Positions 1-13,960 are shown, numbered from the stretch's first letter. The stretch: DNA of 64,000 nucleotides from the human T2T-CHM13v2.0 reference genome, Homo sapiens (GCF_009914755.1 NC_060925.1); one strand, 5' to 3'. The notes: generated by a model from the sequence alone, not told the origin. Numbers and translations are program-made.

Positions 1-1457
1 TTGGCTGATTTTATCAGTGTTATTGACAATCGTTATCCAAAAAACAAATTGTTTGATTTTATAAAAATGACTTCTTGGGTGGTCCCTCGATTGACCAAAG
101 ATCAGCCTATTCCTGAGGCCGTTACAGTGTTCACGGAGAGCTCCAGTAATGGAAATGCTGGTTATGTGGGTCCTACAGACAAGCTTATTTCTAACCCTTA
201 TACCTCTGCTCAGAAGGCAGGGTTAATTGCTGTAATTACTGCCTTACAGGATTTCCCCAAACCTTTAAATATTGTCTCTGATTCTGCTTATGTTGTACAT
301 GCCACTAAAAATATAGAAACTGCTACTATCAAACATGCTAATAATTCTGAATTGGCTTCTTTATTTTCAAGGTTACAACAGGTGGTTCACCAATGTAGAC
401 ACCATTTCTATATTACACGTATTAGATCTCATACCACTTTACCGGGACCCATGTCTGCTAGTAACCATAAGGCCGACTGTTTGGTCTCTTTTGCTATCCA
501 AGAGGCTCACGAGTTCCATAATCTCACTCATGTCAATGCTGCTGGATTAAAAGATAAATTTGCTCTCACCTGGAAGGAGGCTAAGCTTATTGTCCACTGC
601 TGTCTTCAGTGCCAAGTTTTTGTACTTCCAAATCAGGAACCTGGCATTAATCCCAGAGGCCTAACTCCTAATGATTTATGGCAGATGGATGTGACTCATG
701 TTAGCTCTTTTGGCAGACTTTCATATGTACATGTTTCTGTGGATACCTTTTCAGGTTTTATTTGGGCTCCTTGCAAAACAGGGGAAGGCACACCCCATGT
801 TAAAAAGACATCTGTATTCTTGCTTTGCAGTTATGGGGCTTCCATATCAGATAAAGACAGACAACACCCCTGGATATATTAGTAAGGCTTTTGATTTATT
901 TATGCAACAATGGGGAATTTCCCATATTATCAGAATCCCTTACAATCCTAAGGGACAGGCTGTGGTGGAATGGGCCAATCGCACTTTAAAAACTCAGTTG
1001 TCCAAACAGTCTGAGCAACAAAACCATAATTTAACCACTCCCCAATCCCAATTACATTTAGCATTGTTACTTTAAACTTTCTAAATGTTCCTAAAGACAA
1101 TACTCTGACCGCAGCTGAAAGCCATTACACAGGCAAAAAATTCTCCCTAAATGAAGGCAAGCCAGTGTTATGGAAAAACTCCCAAACCAATACCTGGGAA
1201 CCTGGAACAATTGTAACATGGGGAAGAGGTTATGTTTACGTTTCACCAGGAGATCATCAATCCCCTGTCTGGGTGCCCACTAAGAGGCTGAAACTTCATG
1301 TGAATACTAACAATGAAAACCACAGGGAAGAGACATCTGCATCAGAGACCGCCCTCATACCTGGTGAGATCTGTGCCGACTCCTCAGAAACTGGCATGCC
1401 AAATCAAGAGAGTCTGATTCAATCCTCCCTAATGGCAACGGAGACCCCTCTAACTAA
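1..1457 (+). pseudogene. pol: ERV pol 3' part: RT connection, RNase H and integrase, frameshifted
   Basis: [14 protein letters not shown] (RNase H); [12 protein letters not shown] (IN zinc finger); WQMDVTH, IKTDN and [10 protein letters not shown] (DDE); WGRGY..PVWVP (IN C-terminus). Frameshifts near 805 and 1068. The end at 1457 is inferred. Confidence 0.9.
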
Positions 1458-3730
1458 TCCCACTTCTCCTAATTGCCTTTCTTTTTCTCCCTACGAACCT
1501 AAAAATCTTACCATTTCTATTAGCTTAAAAATAACATCCCCTTGTTCTCTTCCTCCTTCAGCACTGGATCTCACTTACAATAGGTTTTATTTAATAATTC
1601 TCCTCCTTATACTTTCTGTCTCACCAGTTTCCCCTCATACTGATTTACCTGCTAAACAAAATTATTCTTATTGGGCTTATGTGCCTTTTCCTCCACTTAT
1701 CTGACCTCTCCCCTGGATGGATGCTCCTGCAGAAATCTATACTAACGATAGTGTGTGGATGCCTGGAGCTACAGATGACTGTTTCCCCACTCAACCAGAA
1801 GAAAACACTGCATTTAATGTTACTATGGGTTATAAATACCCTCCTCTGTGCCTTGGACATGCACCTGGTTGGATCCATCTAGAAACTCAAGTCTGGGCTG
1901 CTTATCTTCTGGAGAGATTAGCTACAGGGGAACAGGGACATTTGGTCTCTGGCCTCTCCCTTTCTCCTTTAAGACAAATGAAAAGGGGAGTAATAGGAGA
2001 TACCCCATACTTTCAATATAAACCTGTAGGAAAACCATGTCCTAAAAATTTTGAGGGCCCATCTAAAACTTAAATTTGGGAAGCTTGTGTTAACTCACAT
2101 GCAGTACTATTAAAAAATGACTCATATGGTTTAGTAATAGACTGGGCACCAAAGGGCTATTTAAAAAACAATTGCTTCTCTGGTGGGAGGGAATGCCTGG
2201 AGGCTACTTATTTTATTTCTTATTGGGAGGACAAGGATCATCATCCTACTTTGCATAGGAGGTTCAGCTCATTCTTTCCCTTAAAATGGGAAGATAAGGG
2301 CATTACTCCCCTGAGGCCTCATATTATATTTCCCATTCTGAGCCCAGAACACCCAGAACTTTGGAAACTGGCTATTGCCATGTCTGGACTGCGAGTATGG
2401 GATGGGGAAACTTTTCTGTCTGTTGTCCCCACTACCACCCCTTGCATCCGTGATTCTGAACCCCGTGATAAATCTCCTTTGAACGCTTTTCCTCTTTTTG
2501 ATGCTGATCCTCCTTTATGGGACTCCAATTGGCATTATGATAATTCTTCTTGACTGATAATTCTGATAATTCTCTGTGATAATTCTTTTTGACTTAACTC
2601 TACCTCTTTGGCATCCCCGGGCACCTCGGATTGCTTCTTTACAGTGGAGAACATTGGGCGTTGCCACCACCGCTCCTCTCCCTCAGTATCAATGTAGATT
2701 CAAACATTCTGCTTTGTTTACCTCCAGCCTGAATATTCCTATACAGAGTTGTGTTAAGCCTCCTTACATGCTGTTAGTGGGAAATTTCAAAATTTGGACA
2801 AACAATCAAACTGTCCAATGCATTAATTGTCATTTACACACTTGTGTTAATTCCCGTTTTGACTTCAGGAAAAGTGTAATGTTGATTCGAGCTCGAGAAG
2901 GAATCTGGATACTGGTAACTTTACCCAGACCTTGGGAATCTTTCCCCTCAGTATGTTTAATTAATGAAATATTACAATGAATTCTCAGAAGATCTAAGAG
3001 ATTTGTTTTCACTTTAATGACTGTGACCATGGGCCTAATTACAGTCACTGCACTGGCCACCACTGCTGGAGTGGCATTACACCAATCTATTCAAATGGCT
3101 CATTTTGTTAATGATTGGCAAGCCAATTCCACCCAAATGTGGAATTCTCAACAGGGCAGTGATCAAAAATTAGCTAATCAAATTAATGATTTAAGACATT
3201 CTGTTATTTGGCTTGGAGATCGGCTAATGAGTCTTGAATATCACATGCAAATGCAGTGTGACTGGAATACTTCTGATTTCTGTGTCACACCATATTCCTA
3301 CAACAAGACTGATCATTCATGGGAAATGGTCAAAGGACACCTTCTGGGTAGGGAAGATAATTTATCCTTGGACATAACTAAATTAAAGAAACAAATTTTT
3401 GAAGCCTCTCAAGCTCATTTACCCATTGTGCCTGGAGCTGAGGCGTTAGATCAGGTGGCAGAAAGTCTTTCTGGACTAAACCCCACGACTTGGATTAAGT
3501 CTGTTGGGGGCTCCACTGTAGTACATTTTGGAATCATGTTTCTCTGTTTAATCGGCTTGTTTTTAGTGTGCCAGACCAGTCAAAGAATCTTGCATCAAAA
3601 CCGAGAGAACGAAGAAGTCTTCATCGCCATGGCACATTTATATAAAAATAAAGGGAGAGGTGTCGTGGGAAGTCAGGGACCCCGAATGGAGGGACCGGCT
3701 GGGGCCGCGGTAGACAAACGTAAGTTGTGA
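1410..3730 (+). pseudogene. env: ERV env with a disrupted SU and an open TM
   Basis: YWAYVPFPPLI as in HML Env; stops at 1702, 2071, 2551 and 2978; frameshift at about 2540-2595; furin site RSKR at 2990-3001; TM motifs [18 protein letters not shown] and a hydrophobic anchor. The start is approximate. Confidence 0.9.
3644..3660 (+). other. Polypurine tract
   Basis: AAAAATAAAGGGAGAGG immediately before the TGT that starts the LTR. Confidence 0.85.
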
Positions 3731-4665
3731 AGATTTCATGGACATTTATCAGTTCCCAAATAATACTTTTATAATTTCTTATGCCTGTCTTTAATCTCTT
3801 AATCCTGTTATCTTTGTAAGCTGAGGATGTACATCACCTCAGGACCACTGTGCTAATTGTGTTAACTGTACAAATTGTAAAACATGTGTGTTTGAACAAT
3901 ATAAAATCAGTGCACCTTGAAAAAGAACAGAATAACAGCAATTTTTAGGGAACAAGGGAAGACAACCATAAGGTCTGACTGCCTATGGGGTCGGGCAAAA
4001 AGAGCCATATTTTTCTTCTTGCAGAGAGCCTACAAATGGACGTGCAAGTAGGGAAGATATTGCTAAATTCTTTTCCTAGCAATGAATATTAATATTAATA
4101 CCCTGGGAAAGGAATGCATTCCTGGGGAGAGGTCTATAAACGGCCGCTCTGGTAATGTCTGTCTTGTGCAGTTGAGATAAGTACTGAGATGCACCCTGGT
4201 CTCCTGCAGAACCCTCAGGCTTACTAGGATGGGGAAAAACTCCGCCCTGGTAAATTTGTGGTCGGACCAGTTCTCTGCTCTCAAACCCTGTTTTCTGTTG
4301 TTTAAGATGTTTATCAAGACAATACGTACCACTGAACATAGACCCTTATCAGTAGTTCTGCTTTTGCCCTTTGTCTGGTGATCTTTGTTAGAACCTTACT
4401 AGTAGTTTGCTTTTTGCCCTTTGAAGCATGTGATCTTTGTACCTACTCCCTGTACTTACACCCCCTCCCTTTTTTAAACCCTTAATAAAAACTTGCTGGT
4501 TTGAGGCTCAGGCAGGCATCATGGTCCTACCGATATGTGATGTCACCCCTGGTGGCCCAGCTGTAAAATTCCTCTCTTTATACTGTCTCTCTTTATTTCT
4601 CAGTTGGCTGACACTTATGGAAAATAGAACCTACGTTGAAATATTGGGGGCGGGTTCCCCTGATA
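3661..4665 (+). mobile_element. MER11 3' LTR (~1005 bp)
   Basis: Terminal TGT...GATA; TATAAA at 4135-4140; AATAAA at 4484-4489; internal ~50-bp tandem unit x2 at 4339-4440. Confidence 0.9.
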
Positions 4666-4855
4666 AACAAAGAACCGCATCCACTATTTTCCAGGTCGTG
4701 TTCTAGATGCAGAGAATTAGTAGTGAAACAAACAAAGTCCTGTCCCCATAGTTTACATTTTAGAGGAAGGAGACAGATAATTAACAAGTCTGAAAGTTTA
4801 TCAGGTGGTGATAAGTCTGATGAAGAAAACAAGGCATGTTAAGATGATAGAGGAA
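4666..4855 (-). mobile_element. L2 LINE 3' fragment (the provirus inserted into it)
   Basis: ccaggtcgtgttctagatgc...aaagtcctgtccccatagtttacattttag...ggagacagataa resembles the reverse complement of the L2 3' end. Confidence 0.65.
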
Positions 4856-4857
4856 GT

Positions 4858-5095
4858 GCATCAGTCAGGAGAAGCTAGATGAAACTGCAGTAACAAACAA
4901 CCCCCAAATCTCAGGGGCTGATTTTTTTTGTTCATGCTCCATGTTAATTGTGGGGTGGGCAGGTGGGCTCTATTCTGCATCTTTCTCACTCTGTGATCCA
5001 GGCTCACTGAGTCCTCATCCTTTGGACTATCACCAGTCATTACAGCAGGCAGAAGGAGGAATGTGATGACTCATGTTGGAAGAGGGGAAACCAGG
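4858..5095 (-). mobile_element. Old MLT1-type MaLR LTR fragment
   Basis: tcagtcagga..gctag..ctgcagtaacaaacaacccccaaatctcag is a typical MLT1 terminus. Confidence 0.55.
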
Positions 5096-5099
5096 GATA

Positions 5100-6975
<1,876 letters not shown>

Positions 6976-7489
6976 CCAAGAAGTCTGCTCTAGCCCCTCA
7001 AAGTGGACCCTTGGCTTTTTCCTGCACTCCTGCACATCCACTGCTGATTCTCTGTATTGTAGTTATCTTCTGTCACATCCATCTCCCCCTCTGTACCCCA
7101 AGTTCCTTGAAGATTGTGTCTTGTTAATGACACTGAGCTCATGCCATGCATACAGTGGTATTAAGTTAACAAAATTCACAAAACACAGGACTCAACCAAG
7201 GGGATGTGCACCTCCCCCCTGCACCAACCCCATGTACTGCCCAAACCTCCAGATTTGTTTCAACTAGCTGAGGTTCTCTATTTTTTTTTCACCTTCCAGG
7301 GGCCTGAAGACTCTTTTAAGCCTTCCTTTTATAGTAGCCAATGCCCCCACCAACAATCCTCTCCCTTATCATGCTGAACACTCTGGGACTATTTCTTCTG
7401 GCCAAGCTACCTAGGTACCAGGAAATAGGGCTTCAGAATTGTGGAGATACATTTATACATTGTCTGCCTTGATGGTGACCTGTTGAATT

Positions 7490-7660
7490 CTGAGGGGGTA
7501 GGAGAGAGGACGGGGAGAGAGAGGGAGAGAAGGAAAGGGGAGGGGAGGGGAGAGCAAGGGAGGGGAGAGGACAGGACAGGAGAGGAGAGGAGATGAGAGG
7601 GAGAAAGAAGAGAGAAAGGAGAGCAGATCGGGAGAGGAAGAGGGAAAGAGACCCAAGACA
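7490..7660. repeat. GA-rich low-complexity tract, (GGAGA/GGAGG)n
   Basis: Almost pure purine tract on the + strand. Confidence 0.85.
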
Positions 7661-7759
7661 GGGATAGTGGCTCAGCATAGAAGAGGCGACCTTAGGAAAA
7701 TTAGCTTTTTTTCCTCTGGCATCTCAGAAACTTGGGGCAGAAAAATGGTTTGGCTTAAC

Positions 7760-7885
7760 ACATTCATTTTACAAAAGGAAAATTGAGGCTCAGAGAAGTG
7801 AGTGACTTATGACTTTAGAGGTGGCTATGTGGCAGGGCTGGCCTAGAATGCATCCCTTGTGTCTCCCAGTTCAGTGTCCTCTTTA
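7760..7885. mobile_element. MIR SINE
   Basis: cattttacaaaaggaaaattgaggctcagagaagtgagtgactt, the MIR core. Confidence 0.7.
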
Positions 7886-9217
7886 TAACTTGGTGGTGAC
7901 TTTGGGGAAAGGAATAGTTGTATCCCTCTTAGGTGAATATCTTCTACTTATTCAGTAATACCCAGAACTGCTTTAAAAGACAGCCTTCTTGTCCACAAAT
8001 GAGAAAGGCTAAAACTGCAAACGATGGAGACAGAACAAAGGTGGGGCTGCTTCTCTGCTAAGGATTAATTGACAGCGATTCCTTAGGAGAGGGGTAGGGA
8101 ATCAGGAGTTAGGAAAGGGAAGGCTAGAGTTGTGGAATTCAAACTGAAATTGAGTGAGAGGCACAAATTTGCTCTTTGCTTTCTGAGCATGAAGGGATCG
8201 ATTTCATGATGAATCGACCTGACTGTGCACCCTTGAGAAGGCAGAAGAAAGCCACAGCGGCTCAGTTTTCATCCCACCAATGAGAGAGTGAGGCCTGAAT
8301 CTCAATTCTGCTCCTATAAGGGGCCAAATGATCTGCCTAGAAAGGCTCAGGTTAGTGCAGTCCGAAGGCGACCACATAGGATCCGAGTGGGGCCATTCTC
8401 CTTCTGGGAACTGCCTGGGCAGCATTTGTCTTGCCTGTTTGGCCACTGGTGGTGGGGGTGGGAGGTGGGGCATATTCCAGGACTTACTGGGGTCTTTGGA
8501 GCTGGGTGGTCATGAGGTTCAGCAGTGGGCTTGGTGCTCAGGTCTGTGAGCTGAGCATTCCTGGGTTTGCTCAAGTCTGGGGGCTTTGCCAGGTTCTGTC
8601 TCACTTAGCTCTTTCTAACAGTGTTAATTTCCAAACCCAGTCACTTCCACAAAGAGCCTGGCAGCCTCACTTCCTTTCTCAGTGAAGGTTTAATAGCACA
8701 GCACTGAAACAGGTCTTGTTGCTAAGCCTTCATTATTTCCACAGCATATACTACAGAACTCCTACTAATATACTGTGACACATTGTCCTCATTAAAACTA
8801 AACGACTCATGTCAAATTAAATGAGCAGAGAACATTGGGTTAGCCAGGGCTCTGGCTTGCAATTACATGTTTGTTTACTTGTTAATTGTCCAAGTTTAAT
8901 AATTTTAGTAGCCCTTTCTTCTCGTCAATACAAATTACTGATGCCCCGGACTTGGTTTTCTGGGGAGCCCAGACTGGGAGGCAGGATACTGATGATCAGT
9001 CCTACTGTGCCATATTGTACAAGACATTGAACCCTGTGCTGAGCCTCTCCTGGAGTACAGGGGCATGATCGTCACCACCCACCCACTTCTCCAGGATGCT
9101 GCAGAGCTTCCATAAAGTGGCAAAATCCAAAGGGCCCTAAGTGTGCTCCTCTCTGGAAGAGCTTTGGTCCAAAGATAAGTGTTCAGTTCAGGGGTCTAGC
9201 AGGGATTTGAAGGCTGG

Positions 9218-9614
9218 TGTATCCATCAGGGTTCTGCCAGAGAAATAGAACCAGTAGAATTTATTGCAAGGGATTTACTTACACAATTATGGGGTTGGCT
9301 AGGCAAGTGAAAGCCACAGGGCAAGCTGTCAGGAAGGGCAGGCTGGAAACTCTCACATAGGAGCTGAAGCTGCCATCCACAGGCACAATTTCTTTCTCCT
9401 CAGGGAAGCCTCGGTTCTGCTCAGTTCTTTAGCTTGCAATGGCTTGGATTATGTACACCAAGATTATTGAGGATAATATTCTTCTCTTAAAGTCAACTGA
9501 CTGTAGATGTTAACCACATCTACAAAATACCCTCACAAGAACACATACCTTAGTGCTATTTGCATAACTGGGTACTATAGCCTGGTTAAGTTGACACACA
9601 AAACTAACCATCAT
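9218..9614 (-). mobile_element. MLT2 (ERVL) solo LTR
   Basis: tgtatccatcagggttctgccagagaaatagaaccagtag ... aagttgacacacaaaactaaccatca are the MLT2 termini. Confidence 0.8.
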
Positions 9615-9729
9615 GGCTCCAATCTAGAGACAGCCATCCCATTTAGCACTATTGCCTGTGCTTGGCTCAGTTGGTGCTAGAAAGTCCATGGGGTTCAGTT
9701 GAATTTTAAGAGGAATATTTTCTTCCAAA

Positions 9730-11105
9730 CATTTCATTCATTTACATTTTCATCAGACATATTTGGAGCACTTGCTAGGGGCCAGGCACTGCATTAGGAA
9801 CTAGAGGTATATGTGTGAGTAAGCTGTGGTTAGTCTGTGCTGCAGGGGAGCTTGAAGTCTGGTGAGTGAAATGAGCACATACACAGACGACAATGTGGCG
9901 AGTGCCACAAGAGTGCTACGCACATGGCTTTCAAGAGCCCAGCCCTGGGAAGTCAGAGGAGGCTTCCAGGAGGAGGCAATGCCTGGTTATGAATGGATAG
10001 GGAAACTAGGGGAAGCAGTTAGGAAGGAGATGTTGGGAAATTGGGCATTTCAGGCAGAGTGGACACACAACTCCACAAAGGCACAAAGGTGAGGAATGCC
10101 ACAGATTTGCAGGGGATTGTAAGCAGGTCTGTGAGCCTGGAGTGAGGACTGTGGGTGGTGGAGGCTAGTGAGGCTGGGAAGGTGGTGCTGCATCCTGAAA
10201 AGCCTCATAGAGGGGTTTGGACTTATCAGTAGATGATGGGGAGCAAATGCAGAGGCCCTCTGCATTTAAAAGGGCCTCTTGACTGGGTGCGGGGCTCATG
10301 CCTGTAATCCCAGCACTTTGGGGGGCTAGGGTGAAAGGATCACTGGAGTCCAGGATTTGAGACCAGCCTGAGCAACATAGGGAGACCCTGTCTTTACAAA
10401 AAATATAAAAAATAGCTGGGCATGGTGGCATGCTCCTGTGGTCCCAGTTACTTGGGAGGCTGAAGCAGGTGGATCATTTGAGCCCAGGAAGTCAATACTG
10501 CAGTAGCTATGATGGCACCACTGCACTCTAGCTGGGACACTGGGACACTCAAGTGAGACCCTGTCTCAAAATAAAATAAAATAAAATAAAATAAAATAAA
10601 ATAAAATAAAATAAAATAAAATAAAATAAAATAAACAGAAAGAAAGAAAAAGAAAAAAAGGTCCTCTCTAGAGTGCGAGGGGAGGATGAGATTATGGGAC
10701 AAGACTTGGGAGAAGAAGGCCCATTAAAGTCTAAAGACACAGAGTCAGGCCAGAGCAACTATTTAAGGATTGGAGAGAAGGCACCCAGAACTATTTGGGA
10801 GGTGAAGTCCACAGAACTGAATGGTTGGTTGGCCCCATGAGTGTGTAAGGAGAGGCAAGAATAAAAGATGGCACTAGTGACCCAGATAGAGAAAATGGGG
10901 AAGGCAGAGACTATAGGGGGCCATGATGAGCTCAGCTGGGGATATATTGAGTTTGAAGGGTCTGAGGGACACATAGCTGCCAGCTGGCACCTTGACATAT
11001 GGACGTAGGGCTCAAGGAAAAGTTGTGGGCTGGGTATTGGGATATAAGATGTCTGGGAGCCATTAGAAATAGTGATGATCCAAAGTGTGGAGTAGTTAAG
11101 ATCAT
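9730..11105 (-). mobile_element. L2 LINE fragments (interrupted by AluJ)
   Basis: cattcatt..gagcacttgctaggggccaggcactg; ggcttccaggaggaggcaatgcctg; gagtttgaagggtctgagggacac. Confidence 0.65.
10281..10660 (+). mobile_element. AluJ with an expanded (TAAAA)n tail
   Basis: Dimeric Alu with J-type right arm; (TAAAA)n at about 10568-10635; TSD aaaagg(g/t)cctct at 10268-10279 and 10656-10667. Confidence 0.92.
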
Positions 11106-11129
11106 ATAGAAACAACCCCCTGAGACAGA

Positions 11130-11200
11130 CATTGTGTCCAATTCACAGATGTGGAAACTGAGGCTCAGAGATTGAGTAGCTTGCCTAAGTTTACACACCT
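11130..11200. mobile_element. MIR fragment
   Basis: acagatgtggaaactgaggctcagagattgagtagcttgcctaag. Confidence 0.7.
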
Positions 11201-11469
11201 GTTATTTCCCTCTGGTTTCATCCCTCCTCAGAGCACACCTCCAGGGGTGTCCATCACAATGTGTGTCTACAGTCTCTTACCTGCCTGCCTCCCCTACCAA
11301 ACTCTGAGCCCATGAGCATGCAGTTGCTTCGAGGTGGGTGGGTGATGGCCCTGTGTGTAGATGGTCATCGCAGGAGCCCATTGCTGTGAGAGAATATCTT
11401 CCACTGTTAACTGATGCCTGGGTTTCTACAATTTGGAATTTATTCTTTTTCTGGAAGTAATTTTCTTTT

Positions 11470-11830
11470 TAAATTTTTATTAATTTAAAAAAAATTTTAG
11501 ACTAATTGACAAAGATTGTGTATATTCAAGGTGTACAAGTAATGATTTGATATACATATATTATATAGTGATTATCACAACCAAATGAATGAACACACCC
11601 ATCACCACCCACACTGTACATTAGATCCTCAGGATTTAGTCATCTTAGAACTTGCAGTTTTGTACCCTTTCATCAACACTGCCCTATTTTCCCCACCCCC
11701 AGCCCGTGGCAACCACTGTTCTATCCTCTGCTTCTATGAGTTCAACTTTTTTAGATTCCACATATAAGTAAGATAATATGGTATTTGTCTTTCTGTATCT
11801 GGCTAATTTAACTTAGCATGATGTCTGGCA
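11470..11830 (-). mobile_element. L1MA-type 3' end
   Basis: attgtgtatattcaaggtgtacaa...ttagattccacatataagtaagataatatggtatttgtctttctg. Confidence 0.75.
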
Positions 11831-12817
11831 GATTGAGCACCTGAAATTTATTCTTTTGGTTTAAGGCTCCTATTTTGTGAAAAAGGCAAAATAACCATGG
11901 GAAGCAAATTTGCCACATGTGGTCATTTTCACCGACTTGTGAATGCATTGACTAGGTTAGCACTTTTTCCACCGGTGCAGCCCTGTCTCACAGTGGAAGG
12001 GACTGAGATTCTGGGAGGTCATGCAGCTCGTAGGTGGCAGAGCTGGGTCTGGAACCACACCCTTTACATTCCAGTTATCTTTTCCCCTACGTGTGATACC
12101 CCAAGGACTGGCTTTGGTTGGGTGAGTAAGGGAGCACATGTGCAGTTCTGGGTACCTGGGATGAGGAGGAGGTGTGGGAGATCCTCGGGCAGGAACCCTC
12201 CACAAGCAGGGAAGGAGTCCTAGGGGAAGGGGCCCGGGCTGTTCCCACTACAGCACACAGGGAGCACCTCCCTCTCACCTGGTTATTGTCAGAGTGAACA
12301 CCCTACCCTTGTACCTCGAGGTGGTGTTCAGAAAACAACCCAGGCTGTCTTTAACCAGTTAGCATAATTTAGAACCAGCATGAAAAAGAGAGAAAGAAAA
12401 GGTGAGCAAGAGAGAGTTTGCCCAGGAGACAGACAGGGCAGCCTCTGGATGGTTTTCCCTGAGGCTGAGTGGTTGTCCAGGTCTACCTGGAGCCGGGAGC
12501 TGCAGTGGACACTTTGGTGGCTAAGGAGCCCCACAGGTGTGAGCAGACTCTGACCTGACCACAGTGGTCAGTGTGTCCTGCTCTGCACCAACCATTCGGG
12601 AATATGTTAGCTACAACTCAGTGCACTTTGCACAAAGGCAAAAAGATGTATACGGGATCCTAGAATGTTAGTTGCTATAGCAGCATCTGCCTTTATTATC
12701 ACCTAAATCCATTCACCATGTAAATATAGTAACTATTTGACTTCCCCACACCCAGTCCATTTGGTAGGATTAAAAAAAATTGTGACAACTGGAAAAAACC
12801 CCAACAAACAGAAGCAT

Positions 12818-12874
12818 TGTGTGTGTGTGTGTGTGTGTGTGTGTTTGTGCGTGTGTGTGTGTGTGTGTGTGTGT
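12818..12874. repeat. (TG)n microsatellite
   Basis: Interrupted TG dinucleotide run. Confidence 0.95.
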
Positions 12875-13089
12875 TTAGCAGTCTTTCAGAGGACAAAAGA
12901 GGATGAGGACATTTATGGGGTGTGTAGATGTTCATAGATTCCAAGTTCTTGGATGTAAGGCTGCTCCTTACAACCAAGGCAGGAAGATGAATTCCTAGAA
13001 GGAATGGGCCAGATTGCCACATGGAAAGTTAAGTGATGAGGAATGAGGTAGGTGAGGTGCAGAACAGGGGAATGATTTCGCAATGGGAA

Positions 13090-13215
13090 GAATTCTAGTC
13101 TGTAATCAGACAGACCTGGGTGCAAGTCTTGGCATCATTGCTTACCACCTGAGTAACACTGGACCACCCAATCACCTGAGCCTCAGTTTCCTCATCTGAA
13201 AGTGGGAAAACCATA
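13090..13215. mobile_element. MIR
   Basis: cagacagacctgggtgcaagtcttggc...ctgagcctcagtttcctcatctgaaagtggg. Confidence 0.7.
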
Positions 13216-13814
13216 TCCCACAACCTGTTTCAGCAACTTGGTCTTCTTCCAGGGGGCCTCGGTACCCCTGAGCCTGAGCTAGAGATGTGTTCACCAGCAG
13301 GAGTTTGTTTCCTGCACCAGCGCAGTTCCCTGGAGGGGCAGGTGAAAAGGGTCAGTGCCCGGCAGGGGTTGGTGAGAGTGATCATCATGCCAGTCTGAAC
13401 AAAGGGGCCAGGCTAGCTAGAGAAAGCAGGGCATGGGACAGGACAGGGCAGGACAGTGCAGGGCAAAACAGGCACTGGGGAGCTGGAGGTTCCTACCAGT
13501 GGACATTCCGTGGGTCATTTTTTCTTTCAAAGACCCAGTTTCCACAGATGGAGGTATTAACTAGGATTAGATAGGGGTGAGGAATGAAACCATGGGCAGA
13601 AACTCAGCATCCAGCAGCCACTTATGGAGAGCCTGCTGTGATCCAGGCACTGTGCTGGAAACTGGGATGTGAAGGTGGACAGATACAGGCCTGCTGAGGC
13701 CAGGGGAACCACTGCTACCGAAAAGACAGAAATTTTCTTCTCATACCCATCCTGTGCTCCATTTCCTTTCTTCCTTGGAACCCATAGAGCAAAAGCAAAC
13801 ACTTGCTTTGCACT

Positions 13815-13960
13815 CACTCCTTGCTAGGCACTGTTCTAAGTGCTTTACACACATTAATTCACTTAATCCTTGCAATAATTTCCTAAGGAAGGAACTAATA
13901 TTATCCCACTTTACAGATGAGTAAACTGAGGCACATATAGTGACATGTGCAGGAGCAGTG
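13815..13960. mobile_element. MIR
   Basis: ctaggcactgttctaagtgctttacac...cccactttacagatgagtaaactgaggcac. Confidence 0.75.

Larger units (their letters stand above)
1..4665 (+). mobile_element. 3' half of a HERV-K11 (HML-8) betaretrovirus-like provirus, defective
   Basis: Ordered RNase H, integrase (HHCC, DDE), env (SU, furin site, TM), PPT and LTR. The LTR start TGTCGTGGGAAGTCAGGGACCCCGAATGGAGGGACCGGCTG and end GGGTTCCCCTGATA match the MER11 LTR as I recall it. The 5' part lies outside the window. Confidence 0.92.

Noticed and set aside
4339-4440. Tandem ~50-bp repeat as a possible CRISPR-like or novel array
   Set aside because: Only two adjacent units with no spacers, inside the MER11 LTR; the DNA is eukaryotic
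7433-7678. L/S/P-rich ORFs
   Set aside because: Antisense translation of a GA-rich low-complexity tract
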